Notes: generated by a model not told the origin, from the letters alone. Numbered from the stretch's first letter, positions 38,811 to 48,618 are shown. The stretch is 63,516 nucleotides of DNA from Bdellovibrionales bacterium (GCA_050246815.1 JBFWVI010000011.1:1782-65297), one strand, 5' to 3'. Numbers and translations are program-made.

Positions 38811-39725
38811 ATGACGTCTATCCTCAGCTTTAATTTTATTTTGTTGCTGAGTGGCTTGGGGCTTGCGGCCCTGGCGGTGTATTTGTTCACCTCAGCCATT
38901 TTTCACAACAACGCAGACTCGGATGCTTTAGCATGGGCATCGGGCGACGAGCCAGTCAAATCGAAATCGGGCCTGATCAACTTTTCTCGGCCTCTGGTGC
39001 ACAACTTCACCCTGCAACATGCTTTGCGCATTAAAAATCCCCGCTACCGTGAAAAGGTTCGTCACAAAATCCTGACTGCAGGGCTGTCGCAAGAACTGAA
39101 TGTCGATGAATTTATCGGCCTGCAAATTTTGTGGGGGGTGATGGCTCCAATCGCATTGATGATTTTGAACTTTGCCTTGCAGCTGGGATACCCCTACTTT
39201 GTATGCGTGGCTTTTGGCGCCTTTGGTGGTTACTTCCCGCATATGTACTGCGCCACTCAGAAAAAACAGCGTTATGTTTCGATCGTCAGCGATCTGCCGT
39301 TCTTTATTGACCTGATGGCCCTTTCGACCGAGGCCGGTTTGGATTTCATTGGCTCGATTCAACGAATTATCGAAAAGGCCGAGCAAAGCGTTTTAGCGGA
39401 TGAATTTCAAATCCTGCTCAAAGACATCAAACTGGGCAGCTCACGCAAAGACGCCATGATGGCCTTAAGCGAACGCCTGGATGTACCCGAACTCACCAGC
39501 TTCGTGGCCGTGGTGCGTGACGCCGACGAATCCGGAGCGTCGATCGCACAAGTTTTAAAAGACCAGTCGGTGCAAATGCGGCTGGAGCGTTTTGTGCGCG
39601 CTGAAAAGGCTGGCGCGCGCGCCTCGCAATTGATGCTTTTGCCGATGATGGCGTTCATTTTACCCGCGGTGATGATCTTGGTGTTCGGTCCGGTCATTCT
39701 GCAATTCTGGTACGGGGGCAGTTGA
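38811..39725 (+). CDS. tadC: TadC-like pilus platform protein (T2SS F family)
   Basis: LPFFIDLMALSTEAGL, LGSSRKDA, GASIAQVL, RAEKAGAR..LLP; start uncertain. Confidence 0.88.
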   Translation: MTSILSFNFILLLSGLGLAALAVYLFTSAIFHNNADSDALAWASGDEPVKSKSGLINFSRPLVHNFTLQHALRIKNPRYREKVRHKILTAGLSQELNVDEFIGLQILWGVMAPIALMILNFALQLGYPYFVCVAFGAFGGYFPHMYCATQKKQRYVSIVSDLPFFIDLMALSTEAGLDFIGSIQRIIEKAEQSVLADEFQILLKDIKLGSSRKDAMMALSERLDVPELTSFVAVVRDADESGASIAQVLKDQSVQMRLERFVRAEKAGARASQLMLLPMMAFILPAVMILVFGPVILQFWYGGS

Positions 39726-40075
39726 TGAACGCGCGTCTGTTCAACCAAAGTAAAAATCTGACCGTGGTGCCCGCCATCGAAGACGCCAAAAGTGTCTTCA
39801 CCCGCTTAAAGGGCTTGTTGGGGCGCGACTCTTTGGCCACGGACTCGACCCTTTGGATTGAGCCCTGCAACAGCATTCACACTTGCTTCATGCGATTTCC
39901 GATCGATGCGGTTTTTGTCGACCGCAATTTGGTGGTACGCAAAGTGGTGCGCGGCCTAAAGCCGTGGCGCTTAGTGCCACCGGTGTTCGGAGCCGTTTCA
40001 GTTTTTGAATTCGCGGCTGGCGTTGCCACGCCCGACAAAGTTGCCGAAGGGGACCAACTGCATGTGGGCCATTAG
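39722..40075 (+). CDS. DUF192 family protein
   Basis: RLKGLLGR, PCNSIHTCFMRFPIDAVFVD, VFEFAAG. Confidence 0.9.
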   Translation: MMNARLFNQSKNLTVVPAIEDAKSVFTRLKGLLGRDSLATDSTLWIEPCNSIHTCFMRFPIDAVFVDRNLVVRKVVRGLKPWRLVPPVFGAVSVFEFAAGVATPDKVAEGDQLHVGH

Positions 40076-41642
40076 GATTTTGTCCGGCGCTCAGGCCGGT
40101 CACTTTTTTCCGTTGAAATCCGGACCCAACGTGCTGGGTCGCTCGCCGTCGTGTGACATTAAGATTTTGAGCCCCAACGTTTCTAAAGAGCACGCCAAGA
40201 TCGAAGTTTACGACGACAAGATCATCGTCAGCGACATGGGCTCGCGCAACGGCACTTTTGTCAACGGCACTCAGTTGCGCTCGCACAAAGTTAAGCCGGG
40301 TGATCGTTTTGGTTTGCATGATGTAATTTTAGAAATCATTCCTCTGGCCGCGGCACAACAAATGCGCCAAGCGCTGGCTGCAGCCCCGCCCGCAGCCTAT
40401 GGCAACGTGGCCTACCAAATGCCATCGCCCCAAATGGCTCCGCCACCGGCTCAGGGTCACAACCCGCAACCCGAAGCCTTGGGCATTGCCGACATGGCAC
40501 GTGAATACATGGATCGCGTGGTCATGCCTGGTATTTACCGGCTGGCTGAAATGATGGAGTTTAAAGTTCTGCTTGGATTATTCATGGCGGGCTTTGTTTT
40601 ACTGGTCACTTCGCTTTCAACCATTCCCTTGATCCGCATTTTGCGCGACAGTGTCGAACAACAAAGTCAACAGCACGCCTTGACCATCGCCGCGACTTTG
40701 GCCCGGGTCAATGAGGCCGCCGTACGCGATGGTCTTTTCACCGCCATTAATATGTCAACGGCCCAACGTTCAGGCGTTGCCGAAGCCTTGATCATCACCA
40801 AAGTGGACGGCAAAATCATCGCCCCAGCCGCAAGGGCCGAATCTTATCCCGATATTCCGTTCATTCATGAGGCCCGAAACCACGACAGCGAAGCGGTTCA
40901 ACAGGTTGATAGCAGCACGGTGGTCGCCCTTTACCCAATTGTGGCGTACAACCCTGAAACCGGCGCCCGCGGCACTTTAGCCTTCGCCGTGATTAAGTAC
41001 GATATGGCCACGTTGGCGGTCGACGACAGCAAAACCATTTCGCTCTTCGTCATCACGCTCTTCATCGCCACGATTTTGGGGTTTGCCTTGTTTTACTTCT
41101 TGTATCGCTTGATCGAGTACCCGTTGAACTCTTTGAATCTGCAACTTGACACGGCTTTGCGGGAGGGCCGCGATGACCTGAAGACCAACTTTATATTTGA
41201 ACCGCTGACCCGTTTGACCTCGAATATCAACAGCGCGCTGTCACGAGCGATCAGCGGGACCGGCCAAAGTGCGGCCCCGCGGCAGATGGAACATGATCGT
41301 CGCCTTGAAATGAGCAATTTGGCCGAGATGATCGGCTTTGCCGCCATGATCGTCAACGCCTTCGACCGCAATGTGGTGGCCGTCAACCAAGGTTTCGAGC
41401 AACGCACACGACTTGACCCCACTCATCTGATCAGCCAGCCGGTCAGCAATATTTCGGATCAGGCATTGAAGCTGAGTCTTCTGGATTTAATGGACCGCTT
41501 GGAGCAGAATCCGGATCAGTTGGCTAACAACGACATTGAATTCGGCGGCAATGGCTTTCAACTGATCGCCCAGGCGATCTATGGCTCAGCCAAAGTCGCC
41601 TACTACGTGGTGATCTTAGTGCCTGCGGGGGGCGATGCGTGA
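40062..41642 (+). CDS. FHA-domain membrane protein (FHA - P/Q linker - TM - periplasmic - TM - HAMP/PAS-like)
   Basis: LGRSPSCD, VSKEHA, GSRNGTFVNG; two TM segments. Confidence 0.85.
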   Translation: MWAIRILSGAQAGHFFPLKSGPNVLGRSPSCDIKILSPNVSKEHAKIEVYDDKIIVSDMGSRNGTFVNGTQLRSHKVKPGDRFGLHDVILEIIPLAAAQQMRQALAAAPPAAYGNVAYQMPSPQMAPPPAQGHNPQPEALGIADMAREYMDRVVMPGIYRLAEMMEFKVLLGLFMAGFVLLVTSLSTIPLIRILRDSVEQQSQQHALTIAATLARVNEAAVRDGLFTAINMSTAQRSGVAEALIITKVDGKIIAPAARAESYPDIPFIHEARNHDSEAVQQVDSSTVVALYPIVAYNPETGARGTLAFAVIKYDMATLAVDDSKTISLFVITLFIATILGFALFYFLYRLIEYPLNSLNLQLDTALREGRDDLKTNFIFEPLTRLTSNINSALSRAISGTGQSAAPRQMEHDRRLEMSNLAEMIGFAAMIVNAFDRNVVAVNQGFEQRTRLDPTHLISQPVSNISDQALKLSLLDLMDRLEQNPDQLANNDIEFGGNGFQLIAQAIYGSAKVAYYVVILVPAGGDA

Positions 41643-42562
41643 GAACAACCGCCCTCGCTCATCAGCCTTCACTTGAAGCCACACTCACCGTGATGAGCGG
41701 TCCTGCGCGCGGTACGGTCTATCGTGTTGTTTCAAGTCGCGTGACGCTGGGGCGTGGGGCGGACAACGACGTCGTGATCAATGACGATCCCAAATGCAGC
41801 CGCAATCATGCCGAGATCGTATTTGGCCCGCATGGCTTTGAAATTCGCGACCTCACGGACCGCAATGTGATCAACGTGGATGGCGCAGATTGCAAAGTGG
41901 CCTCACTGCGCGACAAATCGGTCTTCACTTTGGGGCTGACCCAATTCCGCCTTTCCATGAAGGCCGCGCAAAACCTACCGGCGACCCACAATGGTGGTGG
42001 TGCGCCCTTGCGCCGTCGTGCTGCACCACAAGGCTCACCCATGCGCTTTATTTTGATCGGCGTGATCGGTGTGGTGTTGTGGCTGGCGCTTTCGGATAAT
42101 GGCAAAAAAGACGCCTCAAAAACCGCCGAACAGTTGGCCGAACAAGAGATGAAAGCCGCCGAAAGCGTCAAACAGGCGGCCGAAGAGCGCCATCGTCCCA
42201 AATCAGTTTCACCAAATGACTTGGGATACAAGCAAGCGCAACAAGCTTTTGTTGAAGGCTTTCGCGACTACCGCAAAGGCCAATTTGAGCGGGCGCTGTC
42301 TTCTTTTCAAGCCTGTCTGTCTTTGTTCCCCTCGCACACGCTGTGCAACCGCTATATGCGACTGACCCAGCGCCGCTTTGATGAACTGATTCAGTACCAT
42401 ATGGTGCTTGGCCGCAAATACCGCGACCAGAACCAGTTCGGGGCATGCGCCTCGTCATTTCGTAACGTGATGGTGATGTTGAAAGACCAAACCAATAAAC
42501 GATACCAAGAGGCCAAGGCCAACTACGAAGCATGCCACGCCCAGGTTGAGGAGCGATTCTAA
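41639..42562 (+). CDS. FHA - TM - TPR protein
   Basis: LGRGADND, CSRNHA; TM; helical TPR-like C-terminus. Confidence 0.82.
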   Translation: MRTTALAHQPSLEATLTVMSGPARGTVYRVVSSRVTLGRGADNDVVINDDPKCSRNHAEIVFGPHGFEIRDLTDRNVINVDGADCKVASLRDKSVFTLGLTQFRLSMKAAQNLPATHNGGGAPLRRRAAPQGSPMRFILIGVIGVVLWLALSDNGKKDASKTAEQLAEQEMKAAESVKQAAEERHRPKSVSPNDLGYKQAQQAFVEGFRDYRKGQFERALSSFQACLSLFPSHTLCNRYMRLTQRRFDELIQYHMVLGRKYRDQNQFGACASSFRNVMVMLKDQTNKRYQEAKANYEACHAQVEERF

Positions 42563-44550
42563 TGGCACGTCTGATTGTCAGACATCATGGCCAAGAAATC
42601 GCCGACCTGATGCTTGAGGACGGGCGCGAGTATTTGGCTGGTCGGGCCGAAGATGCCAGCATTCAGTTGCCCGCTCAAAAGGGCATCTCGCGCCATCATT
42701 TGAAGTTCTATCAACAAAATGGTGTTTGGGTGGTGGAGCTTCTGGCCCGCTTTGGCTCACTGTTGCGCGCCGGACAAACAGGTGAAGTGCTTGAGCTCAC
42801 CGAGGATTGCAATTTCTCGGCGCCACCTTTTGAGTTTGCATTCTCTTTGGACTTTCCCGTGGCCGAACCGCCCGCACCCGCAGTGGAAGAGCAAGCTGCG
42901 CGCATGCCCACTGTGCGCACCTCAGTGCCTGTTGAAGAGCCGGACCTTAAAGTGGCTTCGGAAGCCCCCGATGAAGGCAACAACGACGCCACCAAAGTCG
43001 GCATCCCGACGCAATTGGTGCCCTACGTGCGCATCATCGACAAAAGTTCAGGTAAAGAAGAAATTTTAAAACTTGAAGGCCAGTTGTGGGTCGCCGGCCG
43101 CGAATCCAATTGTGAAATTCCGCTTGAAACAGGCCGCGCATCGCGCCGCCACTTTGAGATCTCACGCACCAAAGAAGGCTTCTTCATCACCGATTTGGAT
43201 AGCGCGAACGGCACGCTATTGAATGATGAAGCTCTCACCGGCAATCAGCCATGGCAGTTGGCCAGCGGTGATGTGATTAAGGTTTCCAGCACTAAAATTA
43301 TTTTTGAAATTCGTGATGCGAATTTTGGTCAAAAAATGCCTGCCTTGGTGCCGCAGCCGATGATGAACCCAATCGATCCTCGCCAACCCATGCAAGGCGA
43401 TTATTTGCCCATGCCTTATATGGGTGGCGATGGCGGCATATCGCCCTATCTGCCCCCGGGGGGCGGCGCCGTGATCGTCGAAGAGCGCAAGGGCTTTGAC
43501 TTCAAAAAACATCGTGTCCGCATTGCCATCGGCGCGGTGGTGATTGCCCTGATGTACGGTTTGGCCGAAGACAAAAAGCCCGTGGTAGCGCCAGATTCCG
43601 CAGAAAACTCCAGCACCACCCCCACCTTTGAGGCGCTGACTCCAGAGAAAAAGCAGGCGATTAAAAACTCATTCAACTTGGCCATGAATATGTACATGCA
43701 GACCCGCTATGAGCTGTGCATCGCGGAAATCAAGAAATTGCATGAAATGGTGCCGTCCTATGAAAACTCCAAAGAACTTTTAACCTATTGCGAACACGGT
43801 TCAGAATTGCTTCGCAAAAAAGAAGATGCGGACCGCCGCGAACGCGAACAGGCTGAATCCGAAAGGGCCATCATGCAAGTGGTCGAAGACTGCCGCGCGC
43901 AACTGCAACCGCGCAGCACCATCGATAACGTTCGCATTTGTTTGGCACCCGCTATTGAGCGCTCACCTGAGCACCCCGCGATCACAGAATTGCTGCAGAA
44001 AATGCAGGCCAAAGAAGAAGAGCGGCAGCTTAAACTGCAAAATGCCGAATCCGCGCGTCAGCGCCGCAACGCGGGCCTGAGGATGTTTGAAAAAGCCAAA
44101 GAGCTTTACAAAAGTGGTGAGCTGGCCAAAGCCCTAAACGAATATGAAAAATTCATCAATGGCGGTTACGACGACTTGGACGATCAGCGTGGCCAGGCCC
44201 AACGCGATGTCGCACAAGTGCGTAAAGAGCTGGGCAGCAAGGTCGCAAGTCTGGTGCAAACCTGCCGCGAAAACCTGGAAAAATCGCAGTACAAGGCGGC
44301 CCATCAAGCCTGCGAAAAAGCTTTGCGTGAAGATGCCAACAACTCGGATGCTAAAAATTTAAAGGGCCAAATTCTGGCCGATATGAAGCGTGAACTGAAG
44401 TCCATGTACGAAGACAGCGTGCTTGAAGAGAGCATGGGCAATATCGACACCGCCAAAGAGCGCTGGAAGCAAATTTTAGACAAGTCCATCCCCGGCGATG
44501 AGTATTACAACAAGGCCAAGCGCAACCTACAGAAGTATGGGGCCGGCTAA
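42562..44550 (+). CDS. Tandem FHA-FHA - TM - TPR protein
   Basis: AGRAED..ISRHH and AGRESNC..ASRRH..DSANGT; TM; TPR repeats. Confidence 0.85.
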   Translation: MARLIVRHHGQEIADLMLEDGREYLAGRAEDASIQLPAQKGISRHHLKFYQQNGVWVVELLARFGSLLRAGQTGEVLELTEDCNFSAPPFEFAFSLDFPVAEPPAPAVEEQAARMPTVRTSVPVEEPDLKVASEAPDEGNNDATKVGIPTQLVPYVRIIDKSSGKEEILKLEGQLWVAGRESNCEIPLETGRASRRHFEISRTKEGFFITDLDSANGTLLNDEALTGNQPWQLASGDVIKVSSTKIIFEIRDANFGQKMPALVPQPMMNPIDPRQPMQGDYLPMPYMGGDGGISPYLPPGGGAVIVEERKGFDFKKHRVRIAIGAVVIALMYGLAEDKKPVVAPDSAENSSTTPTFEALTPEKKQAIKNSFNLAMNMYMQTRYELCIAEIKKLHEMVPSYENSKELLTYCEHGSELLRKKEDADRREREQAESERAIMQVVEDCRAQLQPRSTIDNVRICLAPAIERSPEHPAITELLQKMQAKEEERQLKLQNAESARQRRNAGLRMFEKAKELYKSGELAKALNEYEKFINGGYDDLDDQRGQAQRDVAQVRKELGSKVASLVQTCRENLEKSQYKAAHQACEKALREDANNSDAKNLKGQILADMKRELKSMYEDSVLEESMGNIDTAKERWKQILDKSIPGDEYYNKAKRNLQKYGAG

Positions 44551-45233
44551 TGAAGTTGGTCGAGCGATCTTTCAGCGGTAAAGTCTTTCGCCCCCGTCCC
44601 GAAGTGCTATGCGAAACGGATGGCAGTCTATGCATCGTCGCGACCCCCTGGGGGCCACGCGCAACCGCCCGCAAGGTGATTCAATCGGTGGTGGATCTGT
44701 TTCATTCCGCTCGCTCGGATGATGAGGTCACCTCGCCTTTTCAGGTCCTGACCGGTCTTTCATCGATGGCCAATAATCTAAGAGCGGCGGTGATGCTGGC
44801 TAACGACACAATCTATCGCGAGGAAAACCGTTCGGAGTATTTATCGGGTGTCGAGCTCTTTGTCGCTGCTCGACGCAACAATGAACTGGCCTGGGCGCAT
44901 GTGGGGGGGCCACATGTGCTCCTGGACCGCACCGGCTTCGATCTTCAAATCTTAGCAGCCTCACCGGACTCGGCACTGGCACACAGTGATCAGCAGCAAA
45001 TGCTGGCACCCTTGCCCAGCGCACTTTTGGGAGTCGGCCCGACCACCAACTTATCGGTGCACTCGGTGCGACTGCAGACCGAAGATCGCCTGGTCTTGGT
45101 TCATCGCAGCGTGATCCCCCCCCGGCTTCAAACCCTGAAAGCCTCTGAGCGCGAGTTGGTTCCGATGAGCCAACTGCTGGCTAGACAAAGCGCAGACCTG
45201 CCGTTTTGGTTGGGCATCTTAAGTTTTGCTTAA
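44550..45233 (+). CDS. PP2C-fold protein lacking catalytic aspartates
   Basis: LRAAVMLANDTIY, WAHVG, RLQTEDRLVLV resemble PP2C scaffold motifs; no DG motifs. Confidence 0.6.
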   Translation: MKLVERSFSGKVFRPRPEVLCETDGSLCIVATPWGPRATARKVIQSVVDLFHSARSDDEVTSPFQVLTGLSSMANNLRAAVMLANDTIYREENRSEYLSGVELFVAARRNNELAWAHVGGPHVLLDRTGFDLQILAASPDSALAHSDQQQMLAPLPSALLGVGPTTNLSVHSVRLQTEDRLVLVHRSVIPPRLQTLKASERELVPMSQLLARQSADLPFWLGILSFA

Positions 45234-45282
45234 ACTGCTCTGATCCCTTGTCAAAATCCAAGTCCTTAGCAAAAATAGATCT

Positions 45283-46092
45283 ATGTCCTTTCCTGTTCAA
45301 ACCGCCGAGTATGCAAATCTGAAAGCTTTAAGTGGCGCATGGGGTATCGCCTATGGCCCCATTGAATCACGACGGCTGGGAAAAAGTTTGGGCATCAATC
45401 TGTCGGGCGAACAAAAAGTCTGCTCATTTGATTGCCCCTACTGTGAGCTGGGTTTGACGGAAATCCGCATGAATCAACTCAAGCAAGACGATCTATTCCC
45501 CAAGGCCGCCTTAGTGGGCGAGGCTGTTCGTGTACGCCTTAGGCAAGTGGTCGATAAAAATGAAGCCATCGACTGTTTGACCATTTCGGGTAATGGTGAG
45601 CCCACTTTGCATCCCGAATTTTTAGAGTGCGTGGAGGCCATATTGGCCGCTCGTCGCGACATCACCCCTCATCTCAAAGTTGGCGTGCTGAGTAACGGGG
45701 CCCATTGCGACAATAAACGGGTGGTGCAAGCTTTGAATATGTTGGATGAGCGCATGATCAAAATTGATGCCGGTAACGAACAGATGTTCAAACGCATCAA
45801 TCGCCCACTGGTCCGAGCCAATCTAAGCAAGATCACTTCGGGCGTGCGCAAATTAAACGATGTGATCGTGCAAAGCCTCTTTGTACAGGGCGAATGTGAC
45901 AACACGGTTCTCTCGGATATTGAGGAGTGGCTTGAGATTATCGGCATTGTCAAACCGAAGATGGTTCACATCACCACCATCAGCCGGGTGCCCGCTGTTT
46001 CTGGTCTTCGCCCCGCCAGTGAAGACACGCTCTACACCATTGCCTCCCGCCTGAAAAGAAAGCTACAGATCGAGTGCGCGGTTTTCCCGTAA
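45283..46092 (+). CDS. Radical SAM protein
   Basis: YGPIESRRLGKSLGINL, CSFDCPYC, SGNGEPTLHP. Confidence 0.9.
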   Translation: MSFPVQTAEYANLKALSGAWGIAYGPIESRRLGKSLGINLSGEQKVCSFDCPYCELGLTEIRMNQLKQDDLFPKAALVGEAVRVRLRQVVDKNEAIDCLTISGNGEPTLHPEFLECVEAILAARRDITPHLKVGVLSNGAHCDNKRVVQALNMLDERMIKIDAGNEQMFKRINRPLVRANLSKITSGVRKLNDVIVQSLFVQGECDNTVLSDIEEWLEIIGIVKPKMVHITTISRVPAVSGLRPASEDTLYTIASRLKRKLQIECAVFP

Positions 46093-47904
46093 GCGACGAC
46101 CTTTTATTTCGCCACTCAAATTTTTATGCTCGGGCAAAGCTAAAAATAATTCCGACAAAGTCACGCCCTCGGGCAAGGTCGTCGACACATCCCAAGGCAA
46201 CCAGCGCGCATAGTTGGCCGCACCCACTTCGGACTCCCAGCGATTCACGTTCAAGCGACGCATAAAGGCTTCCATGGCGCGTTCGCGGCGTTCTTTTTCT
46301 TTGCTCCCGACAACGTCCACCAAACTTTCAAACATTTCGTCGCCGCAACTAAGTTCGGTGCGAGTGGCGTCGCTGATGCGCTTGTTCAGCAAGGCTTTAT
46401 CAAACAAACGACCGCAGCGGCCTCCGGGCAGCCGCGCCCCTTGTCCCTGATTGCGCCGTCCCACATAGCTATAGATCGATTCTTTTTGCTCATCGCCAAA
46501 CTTCTGCAAAGATGCCCAGTCATTTCGTTGCACCATTCGCGACACCAACCAGCGCCGCACTTGCCCATCGGTCAGATGAAATCCCTCAGGTAACATGGTT
46601 TGCATTGAAGACTTTTGCGACCACCACTTTTGCGCCGCCAAATTTTTTTGCCACATCACCTGGTCATGCACGCGCCAGGGCATGATTTCCAGCTGATGGA
46701 ACAAACTCAAAACCCCTTCATTCAAGGTGGTCCACAAGGGGTCACTGGCCGGCAGCGGGTTTTGCTCAAGACGGTCAAGCAAGGTGTTGTACATCTTGGC
46801 GTTGACGTCGTGCACGTAAAGATACTGACGTCGGCGAGCGGCAAATCGTGTCGGCGAAAGCCAGCGCCAACTGCCCCAGCCAGATTCAGTTAAAATCACC
46901 CGATCATCACTCCAATCCGCTTGCGGCTGGTCGATTAGCGGAAACAGCGACACGCGCGGCAGTTGTTTCAATGGCGGCTCAGGCGCAATGGCTCCTACAA
47001 ATTCATAAAGGCTTTTGCCTACGTCCGCGAGGCTGATGTTTTTGTCGATGGTCCATTGCGGGCCTTGATCGCGGGTGCGGCGTGCGGGTTTCAAAAACAG
47101 CGCAACTTGGGTGTTTTCACTGTAAAGATTCATGGGTGCGATTTCGCTGGGCCGTCCGCCACTGCCACCACTTAATCCCAGCAGCACCACATGTGTGCGA
47201 TGCCAAAGTCCACGTTCACGCATTTCTTTAATCAAAGTCGTCAACGACTCCGCCACCTCACGCACTTGCGATTCTTGGCTGCGCTCTCGCACTTCACCCA
47301 AATCTGAAACCGTGGCGGCCTCTGGAAACTGCAAGTCGGCCAAATACAGGACTGAAAAAAACGTGTCCCGATCAACGCCACGGTCCAGCCAATTTAAAAA
47401 AATCTTGGTGACCTCTTGTGCGGGCCGATAAAGCCCTTTGGGGGGCACAGGAAAATTGTCGTCAAAAACTTCGAATCCTTGGCTGACGCCGGATTTACGT
47501 AAGATCGGCGGGCCGCCCGAAATAAGCGCCGTGCGGTAGCCCTGCCCCACGGCTGCTTCTGCCACGGTTTCAAAACGCGCCGACAAAAAATCGCGACCAT
47601 TGTTGCGTAAGCCATGTTCAAGCGGATAAAAGCCCGTCAACAAAGAACCCAAAGCCGCCTGGCTGAGAGTCGAGGTGGTATAGGCATGCGTAAAGCGCAC
47701 GCCGTCTTCGCAAAACAAACGAAAGCTTTCGAACTCACGTCCCGCCATATCGTCTGATTCGCAACTGGCACGTTCAAAAGCCAAATTCTCGACCGCGATC
47801 ACCAACGTATTCGGTCCGCCGCGTCCCTGCCAGCCGCAACCGACAAGGCCCAGACCAAGACTAACGCTTAAAATAAAATTAAGATGCTTAACGCCAACTG
47901 CCAT
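46063..47904 (-). CDS. Sulfatase/alkaline-phosphatase-superfamily lipoprotein with an atypical active site
   Basis: Lipobox LVGC; GVRFTHAYTTSTLS..SLLTGFYP..HG, QGFEVFDD; start likely 47904. Confidence 0.75.
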   Translation of the reverse strand: MAVGVKHLNFILSVSLGLGLVGCGWQGRGGPNTLVIAVENLAFERASCESDDMAGREFESFRLFCEDGVRFTHAYTTSTLSQAALGSLLTGFYPLEHGLRNNGRDFLSARFETVAEAAVGQGYRTALISGGPPILRKSGVSQGFEVFDDNFPVPPKGLYRPAQEVTKIFLNWLDRGVDRDTFFSVLYLADLQFPEAATVSDLGEVRERSQESQVREVAESLTTLIKEMRERGLWHRTHVVLLGLSGGSGGRPSEIAPMNLYSENTQVALFLKPARRTRDQGPQWTIDKNISLADVGKSLYEFVGAIAPEPPLKQLPRVSLFPLIDQPQADWSDDRVILTESGWGSWRWLSPTRFAARRRQYLYVHDVNAKMYNTLLDRLEQNPLPASDPLWTTLNEGVLSLFHQLEIMPWRVHDQVMWQKNLAAQKWWSQKSSMQTMLPEGFHLTDGQVRRWLVSRMVQRNDWASLQKFGDEQKESIYSYVGRRNQGQGARLPGGRCGRLFDKALLNKRISDATRTELSCGDEMFESLVDVVGSKEKERRERAMEAFMRRLNVNRWESEVGAANYARWLPWDVSTTLPEGVTLSELFLALPEHKNLSGEIKGRRLRENRALDL

Positions 47905-47979
47905 TTGCGAACGCAATGATACCTTGACCTGCCGTTCGGCGACCAGAGAGAATTTTAAAAGGCCGCAAAAGGAGTCCCT

Positions 47980-48615
47980 ATGCTGACCGAAAAGTTTTTT
48001 GCCATCGCTGAAATGGGCCATGAAGCCACCTTGTGGCTGCTGATCTTGCTGAGTGTGTTCAGCATCGCCTTTATCTTGGAACGCTATGTTTCGCTGCGCA
48101 AAGTGCGCAAAAGCAGCGAAGTTTCTGCCACCCGTGTGCGGGAAACCCTGCAAAGCAACAGCTTGGGCGAAATTGAAGAACTCGCCCGGGACCGTGAAAG
48201 CTTTGAGGGGCGTGCCTTGAGCTACGGACTACGCCACATCAAAGAACGGGGCACCGAAGGATTGGAAGAAATTTTTAACAGTTATGCCATGGTCGAACGG
48301 TCTTCCTTAGATCGCTATTTAAGCTTTTTGGCCACAGTGGGCTCTAATGCCCCGTTTATTGGATTACTGGGCACCGTATTCGGTGTGATGGACGCCTTTC
48401 GTGGTCTTGCCTCAAGCCAAGGAGATGCTTCGGCGGTGATGATCGGCATCTCAAAGGCCCTGGTCGCCACCGCAGTCGGACTGATGGTCGCCATTCCGGC
48501 CGTGATTGCCTATAACTATTTCCAGCGCCAAGTACGCAGCATTTTACAGAATCTTGAAGGTGTGCGCGATCTTTGCCTGGCCTATGCCAAAACCCTGAAA
48601 AAGGGCGGAGCTTAA
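47980..48615 (+). CDS. MotA/TolQ/ExbB proton channel
   Basis: LATVGSNAPFIGLLGTVFG, ALVATAVGL, PAVIAYN. Confidence 0.93.
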   Translation: MLTEKFFAIAEMGHEATLWLLILLSVFSIAFILERYVSLRKVRKSSEVSATRVRETLQSNSLGEIEELARDRESFEGRALSYGLRHIKERGTEGLEEIFNSYAMVERSSLDRYLSFLATVGSNAPFIGLLGTVFGVMDAFRGLASSQGDASAVMIGISKALVATAVGLMVAIPAVIAYNYFQRQVRSILQNLEGVRDLCLAYAKTLKKGGA

Positions 48616-48618
48616 TCC

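Noticed and set aside
47905..48153. Sulfatase ORF extension overlapping the tolQ/exbB gene
   Set aside because: The lipoprotein signal begins at about 47904; the upstream part is antisense to a well-supported gene
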